Shown: one piece after another, positions 37,501 to 45,471 of the stretch | Layout of the letters: every line of letters starts with the position of its first letter | How positions within the stretch are numbered: the stretch's first letter is position 1 | Source: a virus | Taxonomy: Duplodnaviria; Caudoviricetes | Length of the DNA stretch: 64,000 bases | Strand: one strand, 5' to 3' | IMG/VR virus record: IMGVR_UViG_3300025267_000006 | Location: 41,384 to 105,383 of that record | The notes under the pieces: model-generated | What the model saw: the letters and a program-made list of their open reading frames with translations, nothing else | Told to the model about the DNA's origin: nothing | Database searches by the model: none | Translations under genes and position numbers: made by a program

Positions 37501-39873
37501 AGAAGGAGCTTCTTCAGCCTGTTGAGGCTTAGGCTCAAAACTCTCCCCCTCAAACACCCAATCTTTACCGTACTCTAGCTGAGTACGTTTTGTGACTAAT
37601 ACGTTTGCCTCTCCAGCCTCTCCAACTTCGGGAGGTATGTTATATTGCTGATCAGGTAAATACGCATCTCCCTCCTCAGTACGTATTTTTATGGTCTGTG
37701 CGTCAGCAGCATCTAATCCATAATCATCTTGTAACTGCTGTCTCCAAAAATCTGGATCACCTACATGTATGCCTCTAAGCCCGGATGGCCCATCTGCATA
37801 TCCCACACTGTCTAAATCATATACTTCTAAAGTATCTCCAGCCTTTGACCCCCATATAACACGAGCAACTTCCTCTCCCTCATCAGCCATACTCCAATCA
37901 TACTCAATATTATCTTCAATCCACTCTCGTTCTTCTGCTTCTGAAGAAATAACAGCATCTTCCGGCTGTGGAAGGATGTTACCCTGCTGAGGGGGCATCG
38001 GAAGTTCGCTTATATCATGAGGGCCAGGAGGTTGTGCCTGTGAAAGTTGACCTAAGGAATCACCATGTTCATTTACTTCTGTACCTATGATAGAAAATCT
38101 GCCGCCTCTAGGACCCGTATGGGTGCCTTCCATATGGTAGAAACGTTTTTCAGGTGGAACAAATCCTGAAGTCCACTCTTGGGACGGAGTTATTCCCTGT
38201 TTAGATAAATGCTCTGTAGCAAATTGATACTTATTTCTAACGTAATCCAAAGCTTCATCAGCAGAAGCTATCTCTCCCTCTTCCTGCTGCCCTTGAACAT
38301 CACGAAGGATGTCTCCAAGCTCACGCCCTTCTTTAAAGCCAAGACCCTTCAGATCATTGCCTGTTAGAAGGGGAGCTATCTTCCCCTCTTTTAATCCACC
38401 AGCCTCAGAAACCTGCTTAATTCGATCCCGGAACCAAACATTCTCCTCATTTCCATGCTCAGTCATCGAACCATCAGGATTTTTAACTAATCTTCCACTT
38501 GCATCGGCCTCAGACACAGCAGAAAGAAGATTTAGGTACTCAGTCCCATGCTTATTGATTAATCGCCTGAAAGCGGCATCTGAAGCCCCGTCTCGATGAT
38601 ATTGAAGAGGCTTGAGGTGATTCTCAACTAGAGAGGGAACTGTGGCTAAGATGTCCCTGTCATTAGTTAACTTGCCCAGGAATTCCTCTGTTATGGGAAC
38701 ACCCGCTGCCTCATGACCGATAGCCCTACCATCTGAGGTAGTGGTCTCAGGCTTACCCAGGTCATGACATAACGCAGCCAGCATGATAATGGTTTTATCT
38801 TTTTCATCTGGAAAACGTTGGATAATCTCTGCTGCTTTATCCAGAGTCATCTTAGTGTGAATAAATACATCACCTTCAGCGTGGTAATCACTACGTTGGT
38901 GAGTATCCTTCAGTGCAGAGATTTCTGAGAACTGGGTATCCAGCACTCCCATATCATCCAGTGCCTGTATACCTGTAGATGGGGTAGGGGACTTCAATAA
39001 TAACTTTTCGAATTCCCCAAAAACCCGCTCATTAGATATCTCAGACAAATCCATCGAACGAGCCAGTTCCTGGGTAGATGGATCTATAGAAAAATCAAAC
39101 CGAGAAGCAAACTGTGCAGCCCTGTAAACACGGAGTGGATCCTCAACAAAGGTTTCCGGGCTTACATGTTTGATACGTTTCGCTTCTAAATCCTGTATGC
39201 CCCCAAAAAAATCCAACACTTTGTCATTTTTATAATCGTACATCAACGCATTGATCGTAAAATCTCTACGTCTAGCCGCTAATTCTGGAGATAAATTAGG
39301 GTTAGGCTCCACATCAAAATCGGTATGCTTATCTCCAACCTTAGTCTCAGTCCTAGGTAGGGAGATATCAAAATCCCCAACTTTGAATACACCGTAGATC
39401 TTGCCTACCTGATTCTGCTTGCCCCCCAAATCCTTTTGGACAATGTCTGATAGCTCATCGATGGTCAAACCATAAACTTCAATATCTACGTCTTTACTTG
39501 GTACTCCGAGTAATGCATCTCTAACGCCCCCACCGACCACATAGGGATCGCCGTACTGAGATAGGGTGTTTAGAACATGCTGAGCTTCGGAATCCCTCTC
39601 TATCCAGGCCCGTACACTTTCATTCTCCATGCCCGGAGCCAGAGTGGGAACGGGCTGACCAAGTGGATTTCCATGAGGATCTGTCTCTACCCCAATAATA
39701 GAAAAACGACCACCCCTGGGTCCTGTATGTTTCCCTTCAGGGTGGTAGTAGCGTTTTTCTGGGGGGACGTGAGAAGTTATCCCCTGCTTATATAGATACT
39801 CTGTAGAGGCAAGAAGGGTCAGAATCTCAGATAGTCTATATTTTTCTTGAGTCATAGCCCATATGTATTGCAA
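34567..39873 (-). CDS. Polyprotein: [module]-CCA-adding enzyme/HD-[module]-ART-like (H-Y-E)-[module]-ART (R-S-ExE)
   Basis: CCA: VGGGVRD..DVD, RRDFTINA, EDPLR, HAEGDVFIHT..CHDLGK. Second domain: LYHVS...AYFTTD...REV. Third domain: VYRG...TSWT...ENEVL. The start may be M7. Confidence 0.85.
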   Translation of the reverse strand: MQYIWAMTQEKYRLSEILTLLASTEYLYKQGITSHVPPEKRYYHPEGKHTGPRGGRFSIIGVETDPHGNPLGQPVPTLAPGMENESVRAWIERDSEAQHVLNTLSQYGDPYVVGGGVRDALLGVPSKDVDIEVYGLTIDELSDIVQKDLGGKQNQVGKIYGVFKVGDFDISLPRTETKVGDKHTDFDVEPNPNLSPELAARRRDFTINALMYDYKNDKVLDFFGGIQDLEAKRIKHVSPETFVEDPLRVYRAAQFASRFDFSIDPSTQELARSMDLSEISNERVFGEFEKLLLKSPTPSTGIQALDDMGVLDTQFSEISALKDTHQRSDYHAEGDVFIHTKMTLDKAAEIIQRFPDEKDKTIIMLAALCHDLGKPETTTSDGRAIGHEAAGVPITEEFLGKLTNDRDILATVPSLVENHLKPLQYHRDGASDAAFRRLINKHGTEYLNLLSAVSEADASGRLVKNPDGSMTEHGNEENVWFRDRIKQVSEAGGLKEGKIAPLLTGNDLKGLGFKEGRELGDILRDVQGQQEEGEIASADEALDYVRNKYQFATEHLSKQGITPSQEWTSGFVPPEKRFYHMEGTHTGPRGGRFSIIGTEVNEHGDSLGQLSQAQPPGPHDISELPMPPQQGNILPQPEDAVISSEAEEREWIEDNIEYDWSMADEGEEVARVIWGSKAGDTLEVYDLDSVGYADGPSGLRGIHVGDPDFWRQQLQDDYGLDAADAQTIKIRTEEGDAYLPDQQYNIPPEVGEAGEANVLVTKRTQLEYGKDWVFEGESFEPKPQQAEEAPSVEPKVHVTNDYSLSPGNGRKIAKAELPDVLYHVSPHHQKIQSSGTILALRGDEEQVHGLGGPQTKELNNAAYFTTDPEHAKFMQKEMLRAGEIARLGVPTELTDYTDSDWVKIKELLNKYVDEDAQYIHSRLQAAADKGLAEIDEEIDSDDIHTALYEQALEPLIDIESDPPAGRETRHFVTLYQRNRADIADFLDDYFDIAVEMTEEDTKQWFPLVQNPLFVGDPLVNFRDATPDTVGISEVSRESVPDNALVRVDTAGDFLGTREVAIHADLSIKKEIKKSNDLPELMTLLAATEYLAKQGEGSEGWTTGYVPPEKRKYSPTGRHKGPRKGRFDIIGTEVDQDGNDLGEAVPTQVRQTPIEIPTSYTPGQYEVDWDTVDKQMIERDIKLDPTAARRGKWTKPEPVLHEGEIGTVLRTAQDLFGDKGREEQRDFFLEKLYEERLFPSFTRRNKWVNGYNSQEALPLMEHSNPTIAQQAFLRYKAASYLGNDLINYFSENLSMPEGGKDGFRKAFPNSTFDGQVLSGLQNLESSDPTSRLVRVVDELYSNTKFSTIHRLAKDDWEADSTGGYFSWAIQESVGRQFDGDVQFFQGAKDDRGLSLAKDNAEQLLESKWEEEELGAKPTQEDIDEYVRVHKALSRWMLDLAFPDTDTLTVYRGTTVGEIADPSRKFTREGKYGEITAVGEKGRDKLYRRARLKDEVREKSYLGEEVELQSNPLTSWTIKPYVAFKFSAKASDNDWLLESTSYEKYQDEMNPKAEPSSTFDRWVGDKADEIVVLKSEISKDDIFTHFGSYAFLGNENEVLGINSPNRKTQVWDYRDSVAQMIEEYNQETMSDVDKIDHQYGHFDAEGIHRMNPSKRESILTAMSLARRWEPESGSVHPRLWAELSSDDKLSIDPYADTEESSTFPTKAPKLTEHQLVERRKQGDKQLAESLKQSVVGTPSPERIAELLAAAPSSDEDEKPVKGTVGEPRPA
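36450..36660 (-). repeat. Cargo module copy 3 (before R-S-E ART)
   Basis: KKSNDLPELMTLLAATEYLAKQG...VPPEKRKYSPTGRHKGPRKGRFDIIGTEVDQDGNDLG. Confidence 0.9.
38050..38220 (-). repeat. Cargo module copy 2 (before H-Y-E ART-like domain)
   Basis: ATEHLSKQG...VPPEKRFYHMEGTHTGPRGGRFSIIGTEVNEHGDSLG. Confidence 0.9.
39657..39835 (-). repeat. Cargo module copy 1 (before CCA-adding domain)
   Basis: LSEILTLLASTEYLYKQG...VPPEKRYYHPEGKHTGPRGGRFSIIGVETDPHGNPLG. Confidence 0.9.
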
Positions 39874-40085
39874 GCAGCCTCAAGTTTTTGGGGACTGTAG
39901 CCAACAATAAACTCATTTCCTATGCGAACTACTGGTGTTGACCTGTACCCCAAATCTCGCAGACGTGCACCAGCATCCATATCCACAGAAATGTTAAATT
40001 CAGTAAAAGAGATTCCCTTGCCCGAAAGCCACGCTTTCGTCATGTGGCAGGGACCTCAACCCATACTTGTATATATCTCTACCAT
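39852..40085 (-). CDS. Glutaredoxin/NrdH-like selenoprotein (UGPC active site, 77 aa)
   Basis: ATG at 40085 overlaps the upstream TGA. The frame reads MVEIYTSMG-TGA-GPCHMTKAWLSGKGISF...RSTPVV...IVGY; the TGA (40056-40058) sits at the first Cys of CxxC. Confidence 0.85.
40014..40053 (-). promoter_or_regulatory. Bacterial SECIS-like hairpin
   Basis: TCCCTGCC-(ACATGA)-CGAAAGC-GTG-GCTTTCG-GGCA(A)GGGA; the apical loop starts with G and lies 23 nt after the UGA. Confidence 0.7.
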
Positions 40086-40498
40086 CAACTCTTCTTCTTT
40101 CTAGTAGTTGATTTACGATTCAATTTTGAACTGGCTTTTTTAGCATTAGCTCTCTTCTTCTTTGGTGGAGCAGCAGGTGGAGGAGTTGGAGTATAATTCT
40201 CTGCTGCTTCCCTATCGGCCTCAGCAGCCGTCTCCAGTGCTATGTTTATTTCATCAGCAGAAGCAACAGATTGGGGCGTAAACTCTACAGTACTGGGCGT
40301 AGATGATGTGGAAGTAGGAACATCAGTATCTGTAGAAATCGTAACAACACCCGCCGAGGTAGCAGTGGTGGTAGCTACAGTAACATCTGAAACCAGATCA
40401 TCTCCATCAGACGAACAGACGCATACCCCATCCACACAACACTCACTTACCGGGGGATCTTTCTGAAAAAGTTTAGTTATAGAACTGAGTAATCCCAT
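40085..40498 (-). CDS. Low-complexity hypothetical protein
   Basis: Thr/Ser-rich middle, basic tail, CCxxxxCxC motif. Confidence 0.55.
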   Translation of the reverse strand: MGLLSSITKLFQKDPPVSECCVDGVCVCSSDGDDLVSDVTVATTTATSAGVVTISTDTDVPTSTSSTPSTVEFTPQSVASADEINIALETAAEADREAAENYTPTPPPAAPPKKKRANAKKASSKLNRKSTTRKKKS

Positions 40499-40523
40499 TG
40501 TCTAACCCCTTAAAATAGATGCT

Positions 40524-40751
40524 TTAGATCTGCCCTGTTTTTGGATTCCTAAAAAAAGTTTTCCAAGACGTGTACTCTTTTGGCACATCCCACGGTATAG
40601 CTCCTAATTCATCTTTAGACTTATTCCAACCATCTAACCTTTTAGCAATGCAATATCCCGCTGCCGCAACCATAACTACTACTATAGCACTACTAACGGC
40701 AACTGAAGCTTTTTTATTTCTTAACATATCAATTACAAGCAGAATATCCAC
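40524..40751 (-). CDS. Small membrane protein
   Basis: Single hydrophobic helix; start uncertain. Confidence 0.5.
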   Translation of the reverse strand: MDILLVIDMLRNKKASVAVSSAIVVVMVAAAGYCIAKRLDGWNKSKDELGAIPWDVPKEYTSWKTFFRNPKTGQI

Positions 40752-43038
40752 ATGAATAGCATTTCATGCAACCTTCTTCCTGCACCATAGAATCGCTATC
40801 GCAATCTGGACACTCCACCCTATCCTCCGACATAAAAATAGGCTCTACACTCTCTTGGAAACTATGTTGAACATCAGTGCTGCTTTGAACCTTATCAGAC
40901 ACCTGATCAAGTACCCAAGCAATTGCGTCAGGCGTGGATCGTATCAATCTGCCTTTATGATATACAGGTTTATCTGAATTAATTCCTCTCAACTGCTTAG
41001 CTAAATCAGGGGCAGGTACACCATGCTGTAACGCCGTAGAGATTACTCTACCCAAAGCCTCTATCTGTGCATTTGTGCTGGCCCCACTCTTCCCTACATT
41101 AGCGAATAACTCCACAAGTCTATTCTCATGGAAACTTAAATTGACGTACATATTTCCATGCCCTGTAGGTACTTTCCAAGTCTGACCATCCAAAACCTCA
41201 GGTCTATCAAAATTAACCGATACTTGAATAGGCAAAAGCCCATCTGTATCCGACGCACCTATATTAAGCTCTGTAGATACAAGTACCTCTTTCTGTCTAG
41301 ATCCATTTCGGTAGACAGTGATGCCCTTACACCCAGAAGACCAAGCTAATCTATACGCCTTGTCTACGTCCTCCTCAGAGGACTCAAAAGGCATATTTAT
41401 AGTCTTGGAGATCCCACTATCAACATGATGCTGCCAAATTGACTGCATTTTTACATGCCATTCAGGAGTAATATCATTAGAAGTGCGAAAATGATTTTTT
41501 CTATCATTTGGAACAAAATCAATCAATGCCTTACCCGATCCAAGATATTTATCTACATCCAACCCGTCAGGTACATAATCTAATAAATATTTATTTATAT
41601 AATATAACTCTGTATTTTCAAGCTGAGAAGACATATTGTGCTTCTTATAGGAAAGAGAAAAATGAGGCTCTATACCTGATGAAGCATCAGCAATCATACT
41701 TATGGTTCCAGTAGGGGCAATGGAAAGCCTCCAGGCATTTCTCATATAATCCCATTTGCCCCCATTCTTCTTATTCAGTGTAGATTCATCAAAAGCGGGG
41801 AAATTGCCCTTTAATTTACCCAAACGAGAACTTTCCTTGTCAGCAGTATCTTTAAGATTGCTAGCAATCAAATTTCCGAGTTCAAGAGCCTCTTCTGAAT
41901 CATATGGAATTCCCAACTTAGTAAGTAAATCAGCCCACCCCATAACTCCCAGACCTATCTTTCGAGTAAGCTTGTTCATCTCACGAGTCTTATCGGTGGG
42001 ATGATTATTAGCATCAACCACATTATCTAGTAGACGAACACTGAGCTTTACAGTTTCATCGAATCTACTACTATCAAAACCATAAGAACCTCCCTCATTT
42101 TCTAAATAGAAATTTCCTAAATTAATACTCCCTAAGTTGCAAGATTCCCCAGATAAAAGAGGCTGCTCCCCACAAGGATTAGTGGCATTTATTCTGCCAA
42201 TCTGTGGAGTAGTATTGTCTTCGTTAATCCTATCTAACCAGACCATGCCCGGTTCTCCATTTTTCCAGGCACCAGAAACAATCTTGTTGAATAAATCACG
42301 AGCCTTCATAGATTTTCCCGGTTGTTTACGATCAGCATCAAGCTGATCCTCATAATATCTATTCTTATCTAGAGGCCAGGTAAAGTTTATATATTGATCA
42401 TTCTTCACTGCTTCCATGAAATTCGAATCAGCCCCAACGGATATGTTGAAATTATCTATACGGCCTTCAACATTCTTACAAGTTATAAACTCTTCTATAT
42501 CTGGATGGTAAACACTCATGATAGCCATATGGGCACCAGCACGTTTACCGCCCTGGGTGATAAGATTGCCTACTTCAGAAAGAACACGAAGAACGGCTAT
42601 GGGTCCACAAGCAGCCCCCTGGGTGGTAGTAATTGGTCTACCTTTAGGCCGAATGCCGCTCAAAGCAAACCCAACTCCACCACCAAACTTTTCAATAAAA
42701 GCCTGATCCTTGATAGTAGTAGTGATGCCCTCCATGGAATCATCTATGTCCAAAACATAGCAAGCACTCAAAGTACCTTGGCCTGTACCAGCGTTCATCA
42801 ACGTAGGGGAGTTCGGCACAAAATCCAAACTCCACATTAATTCGAAGAATGACTTCTCTAATTCACGTATCTCCTTGCCTGATACACGATAATTACTCTC
42901 TACCTCAGATAGACATTTTGATACACGTGAAAACATTTTCTCTGGAGACTCCGTCTCCTCACCGTCTTTAAGAAGATATCTTTTCTCCAATACCGAAACC
43001 GCATTCTCCGTAAAATTGCCAGTAGTACCAACAGTCAT
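40729..43038 (-). CDS. nrdJ: Class II (B12-dependent) ribonucleotide reductase with C-terminal TSCPD/zinc-ribbon region
   Basis: PNSPTLMNAG, LSAC, TNPCGEQPL, IAPTGTIS, SKTINMP, CKGITVYR; C-terminal CPDC...C..CGYSAC; no beta-subunit gene nearby. Confidence 0.93.
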   Translation of the reverse strand: MTVGTTGNFTENAVSVLEKRYLLKDGEETESPEKMFSRVSKCLSEVESNYRVSGKEIRELEKSFFELMWSLDFVPNSPTLMNAGTGQGTLSACYVLDIDDSMEGITTTIKDQAFIEKFGGGVGFALSGIRPKGRPITTTQGAACGPIAVLRVLSEVGNLITQGGKRAGAHMAIMSVYHPDIEEFITCKNVEGRIDNFNISVGADSNFMEAVKNDQYINFTWPLDKNRYYEDQLDADRKQPGKSMKARDLFNKIVSGAWKNGEPGMVWLDRINEDNTTPQIGRINATNPCGEQPLLSGESCNLGSINLGNFYLENEGGSYGFDSSRFDETVKLSVRLLDNVVDANNHPTDKTREMNKLTRKIGLGVMGWADLLTKLGIPYDSEEALELGNLIASNLKDTADKESSRLGKLKGNFPAFDESTLNKKNGGKWDYMRNAWRLSIAPTGTISMIADASSGIEPHFSLSYKKHNMSSQLENTELYYINKYLLDYVPDGLDVDKYLGSGKALIDFVPNDRKNHFRTSNDITPEWHVKMQSIWQHHVDSGISKTINMPFESSEEDVDKAYRLAWSSGCKGITVYRNGSRQKEVLVSTELNIGASDTDGLLPIQVSVNFDRPEVLDGQTWKVPTGHGNMYVNLSFHENRLVELFANVGKSGASTNAQIEALGRVISTALQHGVPAPDLAKQLRGINSDKPVYHKGRLIRSTPDAIAWVLDQVSDKVQSSTDVQHSFQESVEPIFMSEDRVECPDCDSDSMVQEEGCMKCYSCGYSACN

Positions 43039-43059
43039 TTCACCCTCTCCTTTAAAATT

Positions 43060-43530
43060 TTACCCTATCGAGTTAAAACGCAATTGGCCCCACTTAGCAA
43101 TCATAAGAGCATCAATAGAATCTTGAGAATACTTTCCAATGCTCTTACCAAAAATCTGCAACGCCATCATTTTAATCTTGTCTTTATCTGCCCTACCATC
43201 TCCCACGACATCCTTTTTCCACGTGCTCACATTAACCGGGAAACAATCTATGTCGTGATGAAAGAAAACAACACGACACATAGCCAAAACATGGACTAAC
43301 TTAATCAAACCTTTTCTATTCTGAACCATCGGTATATCTTCAACACACACGAAGTCATCCGAGGTTATTTCCTTCTCTACGTAAGAGAAGAACTCTTTAT
43401 ATAATTGAGCTAGTCTTGTTTCCCAAGACCGTGATCGTGCTCGGAATTCTATCACATCAAAATCACTATCGACTAGACGTGCAACGGCTATTTTTGAGGT
43501 GGAAATATCTATACCGTAAACTCTCTTCAT
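43060..43530 (-). CDS. ruvC: RuvC-like Holliday junction resolvase
   Basis: VYGIDIS, CVED, WKKDVVGDGRADK, DSIDALMIA. Confidence 0.85.
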   Translation of the reverse strand: MKRVYGIDISTSKIAVARLVDSDFDVIEFRARSRSWETRLAQLYKEFFSYVEKEITSDDFVCVEDIPMVQNRKGLIKLVHVLAMCRVVFFHHDIDCFPVNVSTWKKDVVGDGRADKDKIKMMALQIFGKSIGKYSQDSIDALMIAKWGQLRFNSIG

Positions 43531-44003
43531 GCCCTTTGACGTTCCTGCCCACGACGAGTAATGACCCTAGAAATAGCTTCAAATTGAACATCATACAAGC
43601 TCAAACGACCCTTTAAAACCTTTAATTCGGCCTTGAGAACCATTATCTTTTTACTCAAATTCAATAAGTCTGAATTCTCATTGAGTATAGTTCCTCGTAA
43701 GGATTCTTTAAGAAGTCGTTTAGTAGCTACAGCCTCAAGATCAGCAGACTTAGAAGACATCATCAAATCAAATCCCTCCCCCAATAAACTGACCTCACCG
43801 TCCCTCTGAGCAATTTGATTGATGACATATCCACGCCAAGCTCCAAAAAACATCAACCATGAATCAAGTTGTTCATCACTCAAATTATCGGCATTATTAG
43901 GGAACTCATACGAATCCCCGTCTAGGGGAATACTAGGTTCTGGAAAATTCTCCAGCCCCTGTCCTATTTCCTTTGCCTTTACCTGCAAAGTATCCAGATT
44001 CAT
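43527..44003 (-). CDS. Helical protein, possible UvsY-like recombination mediator
   Basis: All-helical coiled coil ending ISRVITRR, inside the recombination cluster; function inferred. Confidence 0.45.
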   Translation of the reverse strand: MNLDTLQVKAKEIGQGLENFPEPSIPLDGDSYEFPNNADNLSDEQLDSWLMFFGAWRGYVINQIAQRDGEVSLLGEGFDLMMSSKSADLEAVATKRLLKESLRGTILNENSDLLNLSKKIMVLKAELKVLKGRLSLYDVQFEAISRVITRRGQERQRA

Positions 44004-44687
44004 CTACTTCCCCTTTATAAAAAAATCTCTTTCACATGTAGTTTTAAAATTGCACCAATCGTGATTTTCCTTGGGCTGGTAAGGTACTATTTCACCACGA
44101 CTCACATAGTCTCGTATTTTCCTCAACTTCTTAAACACCTTACTTATGATTTGATCGTTCCTTTGAGTCTCATAGATATTATATTCCTGAGTATTTTTAT
44201 TGATGTAGAAAATGATCCCCTTAACAACTTTAGTCATGGCAGAATACAGATTCCACTGAAGAATATGTTCTGCACGAGGTAAGTAATTCACCGCTCTTTT
44301 ATTATCCGATCTACTCTTTATCTCCAACAGAAAATCTTCATCAGTCTCAGGATTTTTTATAATCCCATCATAGTGACCAACGATCTTAGGATCATCCCAG
44401 GTGACCTCTTCCTCCATACTCACAAGTACTCCAGCTTTTTTTAGCTTCTCCTGGAGGAACTCATGATAAACAGTTCCAACTCCCATACGTCTCAGAGAAT
44501 TGGCCTCAATAGGATCTTGTTCATACCCCATAGAGTGATACCAAATAGCTCTGGGACACCAATGGGCATTCGACGGAGTAAAATAATCTCTCTTCTTCGG
44601 CTCTCTTTGAGTTGTCTGATCATACTCATCAAAAGTTCGCTCTAACCAATGTTTTTGAAAATTTGAAACACTATCTATTAAAGGCAT
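44004..44687 (-). CDS. Cas4-like PD-(D/E)xK exonuclease
   Basis: PSNAHWCPR, GTVYHE, GHYDG, LLEIKS, QWNLY, WCNFKTTC. Confidence 0.85.
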   Translation of the reverse strand: MPLIDSVSNFQKHWLERTFDEYDQTTQREPKKRDYFTPSNAHWCPRAIWYHSMGYEQDPIEANSLRRMGVGTVYHEFLQEKLKKAGVLVSMEEEVTWDDPKIVGHYDGIIKNPETDEDFLLEIKSRSDNKRAVNYLPRAEHILQWNLYSAMTKVVKGIIFYINKNTQEYNIYETQRNDQIISKVFKKLRKIRDYVSRGEIVPYQPKENHDWCNFKTTCERDFFIKGK

Positions 44688-45005
44688 TTAGCTATCCAAC
44701 TCCTCTACTCTAATCATTAGTCTAGATAAAAATTTATCTTTATACCCCGCCCCCATCTTTTTGATGGGGATTCTCCAGATATCAACACCATGTGCCTGTT
44801 TTAGATATTCATCCCGTTTTAAATCACGTTTCTTCAGGTGATAAGGACCATCCACTTCTATCCCTAGATTTAAATCTGGAATAAATATGTCCACAGAATA
44901 AGCACCAAACGGCTGCTCAATGACTGTTCCTATACCAAGCTCTTCTATCCACTTATTTATGAGTAGCTGATGCTTAGTATCAGTCTTAAAAGCATCATCT
45001 CTCAC
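44688..45005 (-). CDS. DUF559-like endonuclease
   Basis: EQPFGAYSVDIF...IEVDGPYH...DLKRDEYL. Confidence 0.8.
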   Translation of the reverse strand: MRDDAFKTDTKHQLLINKWIEELGIGTVIEQPFGAYSVDIFIPDLNLGIEVDGPYHLKKRDLKRDEYLKQAHGVDIWRIPIKKMGAGYKDKFLSRLMIRVEELDS

Positions 45006-45471
45006 TGTTAGGTATACGTTTCATAGTTGGATTATTACGATTGAAAGTACTAGGAGGTTCCCTGCCCTCGGATCGCTCAGTTATAGTCTGCTCCCGCATA
45101 GACCTATCTAGAGCTAAATCAACTTGATCGGGATCCTGTATCTGGGAAAGCAAAGAACCTGGGTTCTCTGGCAATTCCTCAGCCCCCATAGGGACTGCAT
45201 TGGAAGTATCGACTGGAGCTACCTCAGAGACTTTTGATGCCTTCTTCCTACGCTTCTTCTTGGCTGGCTTCCTAAGACCCTCACTAGCTTCCGATGCAAG
45301 ATCAGCAAAAGCCTCCCGTGTCATGTCTCTCAATCTATCGGCATACTTCTCGGCTAATTCCCAGGCTAGTTCTGAATCCTGTAATGCGATACCCTCCATG
45401 AAAGAGGTATAGGATCCCACCATGGTCTGAATATCCTCAGCTAAACTCGCAACATCCCTCTCAGTAGTCAT
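44995..45471 (-). CDS. Hypothetical protein
   Basis: Operon packing. Confidence 0.6.
   Translation of the reverse strand: MTTERDVASLAEDIQTMVGSYTSFMEGIALQDSELAWELAEKYADRLRDMTREAFADLASEASEGLRKPAKKKRRKKASKVSEVAPVDTSNAVPMGAEELPENPGSLLSQIQDPDQVDLALDRSMREQTITERSEGREPPSTFNRNNPTMKRIPNSER

Noticed and set aside
32135-39835. Module repeats as a diversity-generating retroelement, CRISPR array or intein set
   Set aside because: No reverse transcriptase is present and the differences are mostly synonymous rather than adenine-specific. The copies are in-frame coding, kilobases apart, and lack intein C...HN ends.
40056-40058. Genome-wide TGA reassignment (code 4 or 25) as the explanation for the in-frame TGA
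   Set aside because: Long genes are intact in code 11 and many end in TGA with ATGA/TGATG coupling. Trp or Gly at this position would also destroy the CxxC motif.
44004-44687. Cas4-like gene as part of a CRISPR-Cas locus
   Set aside because: No array or other cas genes are visible; it sits in a RecA/RuvC recombination cluster, as is common in phages.
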